Counted from the first letter of the stretch, positions 1 to 7,868 are shown. The stretch is 10,079 nucleotides of DNA from Thermoplasmatota archaeon (GCA_041601615.1 JBFIHX010000024.1:1-10079), one strand, 5' to 3'. The notes: generated from the sequence alone by a model not told the origin. Numbers and translations are program-made.

Positions 1-9
1 CAGGATTTG

Positions 10-2820
10 CTACGCGAGTTTCGCCTTGACCGCAGCAAGCGCCGCGTCCAAGCAAGCTCCCAGCATGTCTGGGTCCGAGCCAGCGCCTTGGGCAAAGTCC
101 GGTCGCCCGCCTCCCTTGGCACCCATGAGCGGGCCGACTTCACGAAGAAGCGCGCCCATGTCGAGGTTTACGTCCGCACTGCGACCAAACAAGAGCCGCA
201 CCGTGCCGCCCGCCGGGGCCGCAAGAAGCGCCACGGTCTTCGGTTCAGCCACTAGGTTCGCCGCAGTCTTTTGGAGGGCTCCAGCATCGAGCGCGCCATC
301 CACGATGATTCGGACGCCATTCACTTGCTCCGCGTCGCCGGCAGCCGCCTCGGCTTTGAGTTCTGCAAGCTGCTTTTGCAGTTCCTCGATGAGCTTGCCG
401 CGCTCCTTCCACTCCTCAAAGAAGCGCGCCGACGAACGGGGCACCTCTGAGGGCGAAACTTGCATGGCGGTCGCAGCGTCGCGCAAGAGCTCTTCTTCGC
501 CTTGCCAGCGACCGACCGCGTGCTTGCCGGCCGAGTACTCGAACCGCTCCACGCCATCTTGAATGCGCTCCGTGCGCCACAGCTTGATCGGACCCACTTG
601 GCCGGTGCTGGCGCAGTGGGTACCACCGCAGTATTCCACGTCGTAATCAGAATCATCGGCCGCGTCGAGGGCAGCGCCAATGCGCACCACGCGAACGTCC
701 GTGCCCTTCGGGATACCACCCTGCAAGAGTTGCATGCCCCACCTGGCTTCGGCTTCATGGCGCTTCCACCATTCGCGGAAGACAGGCCGACCGTCCATGA
801 CAATCTGGTTGGCCATGGCTTCGATTTCGTGCAGTTCCTCCCGCGTCGGGCGCCGGAAATGCGTCATGTCCACGCGGGCACAATCGGCGTACTTTTGGGT
901 CCCAGCTTGCCAGGAGTGGCCGCCAAGCACGCGCCGCACGGTCTGGTTCATGATGTGCGTCGCCGTGTGGCTGCGCGTATGATCCATGCGCAAGTCCCAG
1001 TCGATGAGGCCGGTGACTTTGGTGCCTACGGCGGGGGCGTTGCCCTCGATGTGGTGCAGGCAGTGGTCGCCGTCCTTGCTGGTGTTTGTGACTTGGATTT
1101 CGGTGCCATCAGCGAGCCGCAGGGTGCCCTGGTCGCCGGGTTGGCCGCCCGTGTCATGGAAGAAGCAAGTCTCTGAAAGTGTCAGGACCGTTTCCTTGTC
1201 CTTGGTGCCGGTCCACGTCACATCCGCCTCAAACTTCCTCTGCCACTGCCCTTCCGTTTCGTAGAAAATGCGGTGCGTGGCGGGAACGTCCGCCGGCACG
1301 AGCGCCTTGGGCTTGGTCTTCTTTTCGCTGCCGTGGCGCTCGGCAATGAGCGCGTCGAAGGTGTCCGGCACATCGACCTTGATGCCCATTTTGGCCGCTG
1401 CTTCCGCGACGGTGTTGGGGCCGAGTCCGTGCGTGTCGTAGAATTCCACGAGGTCGTCGACGGTGAGGACGGGCTTCTTTTGCAGGGTGCGCTCGACGAG
1501 GCGAAGGCCACGTTCGCGGCTCTCCGTGTAGCGTTCCAGTTCAAGGTCTGCCATTTCTTGAGCACGGCCAATCGCGGCCTCAAATTCGGGGAACTGATCC
1601 AGCATCCTCTGCATGTTCCACGCCATGAGATCAGACAGCGGGGTTTCGATGCCCAGTTGCTGCTGGTAGCGGAAGGCGCGGCGGAACATCAGCCGCATGA
1701 GGTAGCCGGCCTTGACGTTGCCAGGGACGACGCCGTCGCCGACCATGAAGCTCAGGCAGCGCAGGTGGTCGCAGAGGCCGTACATCGCCTCGATGGGTGT
1801 CATCAGGGCCTCCAGCTCTTGGCTCGTGGTTTCGATGCCGTGTTCGGCCATGCGGTCCACCACTTCTTGGCGAAGCACGTCCAGACTGGTGCCCACATCC
1901 AGATTCAGAACGCCCTGGACGCGCGCGTGCATTTCCACGAGGCGTTGGCTGCGTTCGTCGTCGGCAATCGGCACGGTGGCGAGGTTCTTGATGTGCGCAA
2001 TCGCTTCGGGAAACACGGTGTCGTAGGCGGTGGGGGTGCCAGTGCTGGCCCAAGCAAGGCGCTCCAGGCCCCAGCCGGTGTCAATGATGCGCAGGTCCAT
2101 CATCCGGTAGTTTTCGCCCTTGATCTCGAAGGGGCCGTCGTCGTCCGCTTCGAGGCACATGAACACGAGGGTGGCTACTTCGAGGCCGCCGGCAAACACT
2201 TCGAAGCAGGGGCCGGCGTTGCCGCCGCCGTTCCACATGCTTTCCTTGTAGGTGATGCGCGTGCCGTCGAGGCCGAGGCCGTCGGTGAGGAACTTGTGCC
2301 CGTTCGAGACGCACTCTTCGGTCCAGTAGTAATCGCCCCAGTCGCTGCTGTTGAATGCGTGGTGGCCCATCATCTCGAAGCACGAGAAGTGGCGACCGGA
2401 GCGCCCGATGTTGCTCAGATCATTCAGGCGAATGCACGGCTGGCTCACGACCAGGGGATTGGCCGGCGGCGGCACTTCGCCCGAGGTCACATGCGGTTGG
2501 TAGTTGGCAATGCTTGCAATGTTCAGGTACAAGTCGTCGCGCCAGCGAGCCACCACCGGGTTGCGGGGGACGCGGGTGTGTCCGTGGCCTTCCCAGTAAG
2601 ACAGAAACGCTTCGCGCATGGCCGCCAAGCCCAGCGGCTTGTCCGTGAGCGGGTTGCCCAAGAACTGGTACTCCTCGCACGTAGAATCGCCGCAGAGCGT
2701 CCGGTCGGCTTCCAGGGTCCAGAAGGCGTCCTTGCAGGTGGGGCAGTCGCGGCGCACCCACCCGTTGTCGCGAAAGAACGCGAGGTCGAACATCTTGGAC
2801 AATTCCGGGTCCACGGCCAT
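10..2820 (-). CDS. alaS: Alanine--tRNA ligase, archaeal type (~936 aa)
   Basis: Archaeal N-terminal Cys cluster (CPTCKDAFWT...CGDSTC), then VVARWRDDLYLNIASIANYQP, SQPCIRLNDL, GRSGRHFSCFEMMGHH, GGGNAGPCFEV, GLEVATLVFM and IDTGWGLERL. Editing domain HTATH...EYCGGTH and C-Ala/DHHA1 KGGGRPDFAQG. The start is placed at ATG 2820 (MAVDPEL) rather than 2904: the extra 28 codons look non-homologous and a TATA-like element lies ~30 nt upstream of 2820. Confidence 0.97.
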   Translation of the reverse strand: MAVDPELSKMFDLAFFRDNGWVRRDCPTCKDAFWTLEADRTLCGDSTCEEYQFLGNPLTDKPLGLAAMREAFLSYWEGHGHTRVPRNPVVARWRDDLYLNIASIANYQPHVTSGEVPPPANPLVVSQPCIRLNDLSNIGRSGRHFSCFEMMGHHAFNSSDWGDYYWTEECVSNGHKFLTDGLGLDGTRITYKESMWNGGGNAGPCFEVFAGGLEVATLVFMCLEADDDGPFEIKGENYRMMDLRIIDTGWGLERLAWASTGTPTAYDTVFPEAIAHIKNLATVPIADDERSQRLVEMHARVQGVLNLDVGTSLDVLRQEVVDRMAEHGIETTSQELEALMTPIEAMYGLCDHLRCLSFMVGDGVVPGNVKAGYLMRLMFRRAFRYQQQLGIETPLSDLMAWNMQRMLDQFPEFEAAIGRAQEMADLELERYTESRERGLRLVERTLQKKPVLTVDDLVEFYDTHGLGPNTVAEAAAKMGIKVDVPDTFDALIAERHGSEKKTKPKALVPADVPATHRIFYETEGQWQRKFEADVTWTGTKDKETVLTLSETCFFHDTGGQPGDQGTLRLADGTEIQVTNTSKDGDHCLHHIEGNAPAVGTKVTGLIDWDLRMDHTRSHTATHIMNQTVRRVLGGHSWQAGTQKYADCARVDMTHFRRPTREELHEIEAMANQIVMDGRPVFREWWKRHEAEARWGMQLLQGGIPKGTDVRVVRIGAALDAADDSDYDVEYCGGTHCASTGQVGPIKLWRTERIQDGVERFEYSAGKHAVGRWQGEEELLRDAATAMQVSPSEVPRSSARFFEEWKERGKLIEELQKQLAELKAEAAAGDAEQVNGVRIIVDGALDAGALQKTAANLVAEPKTVALLAAPAGGTVRLLFGRSADVNLDMGALLREVGPLMGAKGGGRPDFAQGAGSDPDMLGACLDAALAAVKAKLA

Positions 2821-2845
2821 GGCGGGCGCCGCGAGGCGGAGGCGG

Positions 2846-2855
2846 TTGATAAGAA
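2846..2855 (-). promoter_or_regulatory. Putative archaeal TATA box for alaS (leaderless transcript)
   Basis: The minus strand reads TTCTTATCAA, an AT-rich island in GC-rich sequence 26-35 nt upstream of ATG 2820. No Shine-Dalgarno is visible. Confidence 0.55.
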
Positions 2856-3048
2856 CCGTCAGGGGACCGGGCTGGTTTGCTGCGGACTCATGCAGTGTTC
2901 CCACCTCGCTGGCGGTCCGCGGTACCTCCGTAAGTCGCGCTTCGCCGCTCGCCTTGAAGCTCTAGGAATCCTGCATCGATGAGGCGTCGAAGGTCCTGCT
3001 GGAGGGAGCGCCGCTAGATGTGCGGGAATGCGGCGTGGACAATGGGTG

Positions 3049-3082
3049 TTTGCACATGCAGCAATCATTCTGAATGTGCAAA
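3049..3082. promoter_or_regulatory. Inverted repeat TTTGCACAT-N16-ATGTGCAAA, candidate operator
   Basis: Perfect 9-bp arms at 3049-3057 and 3074-3082 in an AT-richer patch of the divergent intergenic region. Regulatory function is inferred. Confidence 0.4.
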
Positions 3083-3171
3083 GAGCCGGTGCATTTTGTG
3101 CATAGGAGAACCGCAAGGCTCAGGCAGTGGAGCAAAAAGGGCACGACACCCCACAACCTGCCACCACCAAC

Positions 3172-3179
3172 GATTAAGT
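3172..3179 (+). promoter_or_regulatory. Putative TATA box for the CocE/NonD hydrolase gene
   Basis: GATTAAGT, with TTAA starting 28 nt upstream of ATG 3202. Confidence 0.5.
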
Positions 3180-3201
3180 GGCCTTGCCCACCTCGAACCG
3201 C

Positions 3202-4869
3202 ATGGTCTGGATGCGTCCGGCAGCCATCGCCCTCGCGTTGATGGTGGTTGGACTTGCCGGTTGTTTTGGTGGAAACGAACAAGCCTCGAAGGAAACAGAT
3301 GAGCCGCTGGCTCCGCTCATCTCCGATCCGCTCCCCGTCAACGACACTATCACACCGCCGGCCCCCGTCGCACTGCCGTGGTACCCCAACGACGGCGCCT
3401 CTGTCAAGACGTTCCTAGAGGTTGCAACCTTCGACGACCACTTGATTCCCGTCACCGTGTACAAGCCCGCCATTGCCAACGAGAGCATCCAGTTCCCCGT
3501 CCTCGTCCAGAGTCACGGATTCACCGGCAGCAAATGGTCCACCGACGACCGCGCCGAGGACTACATCGCCGCCGGCTTTGGTGTCGTCAGCTACGACCAA
3601 CGCGGCCACGGAGACGCCCGCGACGACTCGGACGTGCGGTTCATGCACCCGGACTACGAAGTGCGCGACGCCATCGCCTTGCTGGACGAAATCAGCAGTT
3701 GGGACTGGGTCCTGATGGAAAATGAAACCACCCGTGACCCGGTGCTCGGCGGCATCGGCTATTCGTACGGCGGCGCGTTCCAGCTCATGACCGCCACCTT
3801 CGACGACCGCCTCGATGCCATAGTTCCGGAAATCACCTGGCACAACATCACCACGGCCCTTGCCCCCGGTGGCGCCATCAAAAGTGGCTGGGTGGACCTG
3901 TTCTACCTGGCCGGAAACGCCCAGCAAAGCGTCGTCTTCAGCGAGGATTTCCACAAGGGTTGGACTTGGGCCACAGCCAGCAACGAGCTTCCCGCGGGCC
4001 AATTCGGACAAGTACCGGACCTAGTGGACGGCTTCAACCGCGCAAGCCCCGAGTACTACCCCGGCGCCATCGACATCCCGACCCTGCTTGTTCAGGGCAT
4101 GCCGGATACATTGTTCCCGCTCAACCAAGCAGTCTGGAACCACCTCGCGATCAACGCCACGGGCGCACCCACTTGGCTCTACACCCACAACGCGGGCCAC
4201 ATCCTGAACACCGAATCCCTTGCTGCGGGCGTCTCTCCGATTCCTGCGGGTCTGCAAGGTGTTCCCGGCGGCCGTCCGTGCGGCGAACAGGCAGACTTAG
4301 AGATTCGCTGGCATCAAAAGTGGCTCCTAGGCCTTGACGTAGACCTTGGCCCCCGCTTCTGCATCAGCCTCGAAGACGACACCGCCATCGTCGGCAACGA
4401 GTGGCCCCTGCCCTCGACCGAAATGCGGGCCTTCGAACTAGGCGGGCCGTTCCCGATCATCCAGGGCGCCGGCGGCGGCAGCGCCATTCCATTGGAACTG
4501 GTGACCGTGGACGCCGAAACCATCGTGGCCGGCATCCCCACCATCAAAGGTAGCATCATGAGCCCCGGCGCCGACAGCATCGTCTACTTCAGTCTGCAAA
4601 TGGCCCGCACCGACGGCATCATGGAACACATCGTGGACGACCAAGTGCGCCCCCTTCGCACCTTAGGCCCCAATACGGGCGCCGTGGACTTCGAAATGGA
4701 ACTCGGCGGCATCGGCACCCGGCTCGCGGCAGGCGACACACTGTATCTGATGGTCAGCTCCATCGAGCCGATGTTCTTTGGCAACGCCGAGCGCCTGGCT
4801 GGCGGCGTGGTCCTCGACGGACTCACCCTCGAACTGCCGGTGGTGACCGAACCGGTGTTTCGAAGCTAG
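3202..4869 (+). CDS. CocE/NonD family (peptidase S15 / X-Pro dipeptidyl-peptidase-like) alpha/beta hydrolase, predicted lipoprotein
   Basis: Signal peptide with lipobox LAGC (3253-3264) and a Pro-rich linker. Motifs FPVLVQSHGF, GFGVVSYDQRGHG, nucleophile elbow GYSYGG (Ser codon 3763-3765), likely Asp in QGMPDTLF and His in HNAGH. C-terminal beta-rich domain (IVAGIP...DDQVRPL...LAAGDTLYL). The start could be 3202 or 3211; GTG 3178 overlaps the putative TATA box. Confidence 0.85.
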   Translation: MVWMRPAAIALALMVVGLAGCFGGNEQASKETDEPLAPLISDPLPVNDTITPPAPVALPWYPNDGASVKTFLEVATFDDHLIPVTVYKPAIANESIQFPVLVQSHGFTGSKWSTDDRAEDYIAAGFGVVSYDQRGHGDARDDSDVRFMHPDYEVRDAIALLDEISSWDWVLMENETTRDPVLGGIGYSYGGAFQLMTATFDDRLDAIVPEITWHNITTALAPGGAIKSGWVDLFYLAGNAQQSVVFSEDFHKGWTWATASNELPAGQFGQVPDLVDGFNRASPEYYPGAIDIPTLLVQGMPDTLFPLNQAVWNHLAINATGAPTWLYTHNAGHILNTESLAAGVSPIPAGLQGVPGGRPCGEQADLEIRWHQKWLLGLDVDLGPRFCISLEDDTAIVGNEWPLPSTEMRAFELGGPFPIIQGAGGGSAIPLELVTVDAETIVAGIPTIKGSIMSPGADSIVYFSLQMARTDGIMEHIVDDQVRPLRTLGPNTGAVDFEMELGGIGTRLAAGDTLYLMVSSIEPMFFGNAERLAGGVVLDGLTLELPVVTEPVFRS

Positions 4870-4906
4870 GCGATCGCCCCGTTCGTGCTGCTCCACGGGC
4901 GCCGGT

Positions 4907-6046
4907 TCACAAATTTCGCGTATCCTCGGGCATCGTGTAGAACGACCGCTCTTCCAGCACCGTGACCTTGTCGCCCGTGATGCGAAGGATGGTGCTTGCA
5001 GCGTTGTCCGATTCATCGGTTTCGAGGAGGCTGTCGCTCCAATCCGCCGCACTCACAAGTTCGTAGGTGCCGTCCGGAACACCTGCTGCATCGATGTATT
5101 GATCGGGCAGGCTGCTCCAATAGAAGTCAAACCAACCGGCTGAGACACCCATGCTCCAGCCGTTCCAGCCGGGAGCGATGCAGTAGACCTCGGCGCGACC
5201 GCCCGAACTAGGCGCTCGATCCGGCTCCTGCATCTGGCCCCAGTCCAGAAAGCAAAATCCGCTCTTCTTGTGCTCGGCTGCAAGCCCGCCACGAAGCCCC
5301 GTCGCCTCATCCCATTCGTAGAGGCTGAAGCGGGCAAAGCCATCGTAGTGAAAATGCATGTGCGTCAGGTGGAAATCGGCGTTGCCCACAGGGTGCCGAG
5401 TTTCGCCGCCGCTACGCAACGGAATCACTTGATCAAACGAGCCAAGCCCAGCGGGCGCTAGCACGCCCTGCTCGGGAGCCAAGTCCACTTGCAAGGGCCC
5501 GTCCCCCGTGTTGCCAATCGCATTGCCTAGGCGCAGGCAGCGCGTGGCGCCTTGCTCGAAGCGTTCAACGCGGTCACATTCCCCAAATGCAATCTGCACC
5601 GGGGCATAGGTCACGATGTTGGGAAGCATCTCGTCGCCGGAAAGGAAATCCACGCCCAGTCCCAGCACCCGCACGCGAACAGACAACGCACCGTCGGCGG
5701 CTAGTAGAATGTCCACGGGGCCGGGTTCCTCCAGGAGCCAGCGCATGGAATCGAAGCCACGCACCGCGCCAGCAAGGTCCGATTCAAGCGTCGTCTTGGT
5801 GCCGTCCCACGCCACGAGAACCTCCAAGTAGGCCTGGTCGGGGAGGCGGGGAACAACCACGGGAAGCACGCAGCGACCCGTGCAATCCAAATCCACGCGC
5901 TCCGGGACTCCGATTTCAACAGGTTTCAAGGAGCCAATGGCCGAAAATCGCAACGCGTCCGCAGAACCCAATGATTCTTGCGAATTTTCGGTCGAATCAA
6001 GGCAACCAGCCAGGGCAACCAAAAGCAAAACAATCCAGAATCGCAT
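4907..6046 (-). CDS. Lysyl oxidase (LOX) domain lipoprotein, copper/LTQ amine oxidase-like (~379 aa)
   Basis: True start MRFWIVLLLVALAGC (ATG 6046, lipobox Cys15). The C-terminal domain has LPNIV...RCLRLGNAIGNTGDGPL, FHLTHMHFH (copper HxHxH), HKKSGFCFLD, GVSAGWFDFY, QYIDAAGVPDGTYEL and LLETDESDN, all collinear with the LOX catalytic domain. The part of the 645-aa track ORF upstream of 6046 is an antisense shadow of the DHH gene. Confidence 0.9.
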   Translation of the reverse strand: MRFWIVLLLVALAGCLDSTENSQESLGSADALRFSAIGSLKPVEIGVPERVDLDCTGRCVLPVVVPRLPDQAYLEVLVAWDGTKTTLESDLAGAVRGFDSMRWLLEEPGPVDILLAADGALSVRVRVLGLGVDFLSGDEMLPNIVTYAPVQIAFGECDRVERFEQGATRCLRLGNAIGNTGDGPLQVDLAPEQGVLAPAGLGSFDQVIPLRSGGETRHPVGNADFHLTHMHFHYDGFARFSLYEWDEATGLRGGLAAEHKKSGFCFLDWGQMQEPDRAPSSGGRAEVYCIAPGWNGWSMGVSAGWFDFYWSSLPDQYIDAAGVPDGTYELVSAADWSDSLLETDESDNAASTILRITGDKVTVLEERSFYTMPEDTRNL

Positions 6047-6127
6047 TGGGCTTGAAGTCGCCCCGTTTCCTTTGAGCATTTGGGTTGCATCCCCGAATCG
6101 TTTCACCGACCCGGCCCTCTCCCCGCC

Positions 6128-6134
6128 CTTTTTG
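6128..6134 (+). promoter_or_regulatory. Weak putative TATA-like element for the DHH nuclease gene
   Basis: CTTTTTG in C-rich context, with the T-run starting 30 nt upstream of GTG 6159. Confidence 0.35.
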
Positions 6135-6158
6135 CCCCGACCCGCCCTCCTCCAAGCC

Positions 6159-7730
6159 GTGGACCTGCCCGGCGTCCCCGAGCCGTTGCTCGCACGAGCC
6201 CGTCGTGCCGCAGCGTGGTTGCGCGAACGCGCCGAGGCCGGACACACAGTGACCGTGGTGCACCACATCGACGCAGACGGCGTCACCTCAGGCGCCATCG
6301 CCGCCCAGACCCTCGAACGCGCCGGCATCCCCGGCCGCACGGTCGCCGCCAAAAGCCTCGACGCGGTCCATGTGGACGCCCTGCAAGCCGGCAGCCACGA
6401 CGCGCTTTGGTTCTGCGACTTTGGCAGCACCGCATACATGCACTTTCCCGACACGCCCCGCCTCGTCTGCGACCACCACGAACTCGTGCGCGACGGTACC
6501 GAAGAGGATTTTCCGCATGTCAATCCGCTGCTGGACGAATTATCCGGCGGCGACATCTCCGGCGCCGGCTGTGCATTTCTAGTCGCCCATGCCATGGACG
6601 CCGCCAACCTCGATCTCCTACCCATCGCACTCGTAGGCGCCGCCGCAGACCTACAAGACCGAGGCCGGACCACCAGCGACACGAGCAAGCCACCCCAGGG
6701 CCCGAAGGATGAAGACAAGAGCGCCCGCAACAGCGGATTCGCAGGCACCAACCGGGCCCTCGTGGAGCACGGCACGGCGCACAACCTTCTGGAAGTGGAG
6801 ACGGACCTAGGTTGGTTTGGACCCGAGACCCGTGCCCTCTCCAAATTCCTCGGCTACGGCAGCGAACCCCGCGTACCCATCGTCACCGGCGACCGGCGAT
6901 CCGCCGAGGCATTTCTGAAGAATCTGGGTGTGCCCCTGAGCGACGAATCGGGAGAACGAACCTGGAGCCGTCTAAGCCACGAAGAACGACGCCTCATTCG
7001 GTCCGCCATCGTGGAAAACTGGCTCGACTGCGGCGCCAGCGCCGAAGACGTGGCAACACTTTGGCGACCGGTCGTGCGCATCAAAGGCGCCGAACCCGGC
7101 ACTCCTGTGCGCGAAATCCGTGAATTTGGCACCCTCCTCAACAGCACCGCCCGGTACGGCGAGCCCGAAGTGGGGCTTCGCGTGGCCGGCGGCGACCGAG
7201 GCGACGCATACCAACAAGCGCTCAGCCTCCTCACCGGCCACCGAAGGCACCTAGCAGCTTCCGTTTCCGCCTTCGTGGACGCGGGCGTTCGTGAAGAGAC
7301 CGCCATCCAATGGGCGCACGTCCAGGACAAAGTGCGCGACACCGTGGTCGGCATTGTTTGTGGCATGGCACTCGACAGCCTCGGTCTGCGTCGAGACATG
7401 CCCCTGCTCGCCCTTGCATTCACGGACGACGGACGCACCAAGGTAAGCAGCCGCGCCCCCCACGAGATCCAAGGACGCATCGACCTTGCAACCGCGATGC
7501 GGGAAGGCGCCGCAGCCTTCGGAGGCCAAGGCGGCGGACACAAGGGCGCCGCCGGCGCAACCATCCCCCGAGAATCGGAGCGGGCATTCCTGGATCTCGT
7601 GGACGGCATCGTAGCCCAACAATTGGGCATCCAACGAGCATCGGTCCAACGCACCCCAGAGACCACGAAGATCGATCCCCAACCCTGGCAATCCGAGTCT
7701 TCACGCACAGGCCAATCCACTCTGTTTTGA
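6159..7730 (+). CDS. recJ: DHH-family phosphoesterase, archaeal RecJ-like / GAN (Cdc45-related) ssDNA exonuclease (~523 aa)
   Basis: Motif I HHIDADG (from 6261), CDFGS, DHH (6471-6479), ISGAG, VGAAAD, GAN-type insertion DLGWFGPETRALSKFLGYGSEPRVPIVTGD...LSHEERR, EFGTLLNSTAR, KVSSR and DHHA1 GGGHKGAAGATI. The start is inferred at GTG 6159 because the track start at 5880 would overlap the divergent LOX gene. Confidence 0.9.
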   Translation: MDLPGVPEPLLARARRAAAWLRERAEAGHTVTVVHHIDADGVTSGAIAAQTLERAGIPGRTVAAKSLDAVHVDALQAGSHDALWFCDFGSTAYMHFPDTPRLVCDHHELVRDGTEEDFPHVNPLLDELSGGDISGAGCAFLVAHAMDAANLDLLPIALVGAAADLQDRGRTTSDTSKPPQGPKDEDKSARNSGFAGTNRALVEHGTAHNLLEVETDLGWFGPETRALSKFLGYGSEPRVPIVTGDRRSAEAFLKNLGVPLSDESGERTWSRLSHEERRLIRSAIVENWLDCGASAEDVATLWRPVVRIKGAEPGTPVREIREFGTLLNSTARYGEPEVGLRVAGGDRGDAYQQALSLLTGHRRHLAASVSAFVDAGVREETAIQWAHVQDKVRDTVVGIVCGMALDSLGLRRDMPLLALAFTDDGRTKVSSRAPHEIQGRIDLATAMREGAAAFGGQGGGHKGAAGATIPRESERAFLDLVDGIVAQQLGIQRASVQRTPETTKIDPQPWQSESSRTGQSTLF

Positions 7731-7809
7731 GTCTGCCCGACGGAGCCACCACGATGAAATGGATAGTTTTGGTACGATTCACATTTCGACAATACGACCA
7801 GTTGCATTG

Positions 7810-7845
7810 TTGAATCATTCAATATTCTACCCAATCAACTTATAC
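7810..7845 (+). promoter_or_regulatory. Palindrome TTGAAT-C-ATTCAA plus TATA box (CTTATAC) upstream of the secreted protein gene
   Basis: Perfect 6-bp arms at 7810-7815 and 7817-7822. TTATA at 7840-7844 starts 29 nt upstream of ATG 7869. The whole intergenic region is markedly AT-rich. Confidence 0.55.
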
Positions 7846-7868
7846 ATGACAATGATGCAGTTTGACAT

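Noticed and set aside
2821-2904. 28-aa N-terminal extension of AlaRS
   Set aside because: It contains the putative TATA box and does not resemble archaeal AlaRS N-termini.
1273-2982. 569-aa antisense ORF (and 460..1176) in exact codon register opposite alaS, tempting as a sense/antisense synthetase relic
   Set aside because: Expected shadow: a GC-rich gene rarely uses TTA, CTA or TCA, so the antisense frame lacks stops. No recognisable motifs such as HIGH or KMSKS.
2821-3200. T-box or tRNA-like leader upstream of alaS; small ORFs 2859..3116, 2962..3282 and 3018..3302
   Set aside because: No T-box consensus or tRNA cloverleaf is seen, alaS appears leaderless, and the small ORFs lack coding-like composition and overlap promoters or real genes.
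4869-4906. GGCGATCGCC palindrome and a weak CCCGT/ACGGG hairpin between the convergent genes, considered as a terminator
   Set aside because: The stem is short, there is no U-tract on either strand, and such structures are common by chance at this GC content.
5880-6158. N-terminal extension of the DHH ORF
   Set aside because: It overlaps the LOX signal peptide on the other strand, and family similarity starts only after ~6159.
6047-6844. N-terminal extension of the 645-aa LOX ORF suggesting a large LOX/RecJ overlap
   Set aside because: It is Arg/Ser/Ala-rich antisense translation of the DHH gene, and a clean signal peptide begins at 6046.
6854-7834. 326-aa minus-strand ORF and the other short alternative-frame ORFs across the window
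   Set aside because: They overlap well-supported genes and have low-information Arg/Pro/Ser-rich translations typical of GC-rich off-frames.
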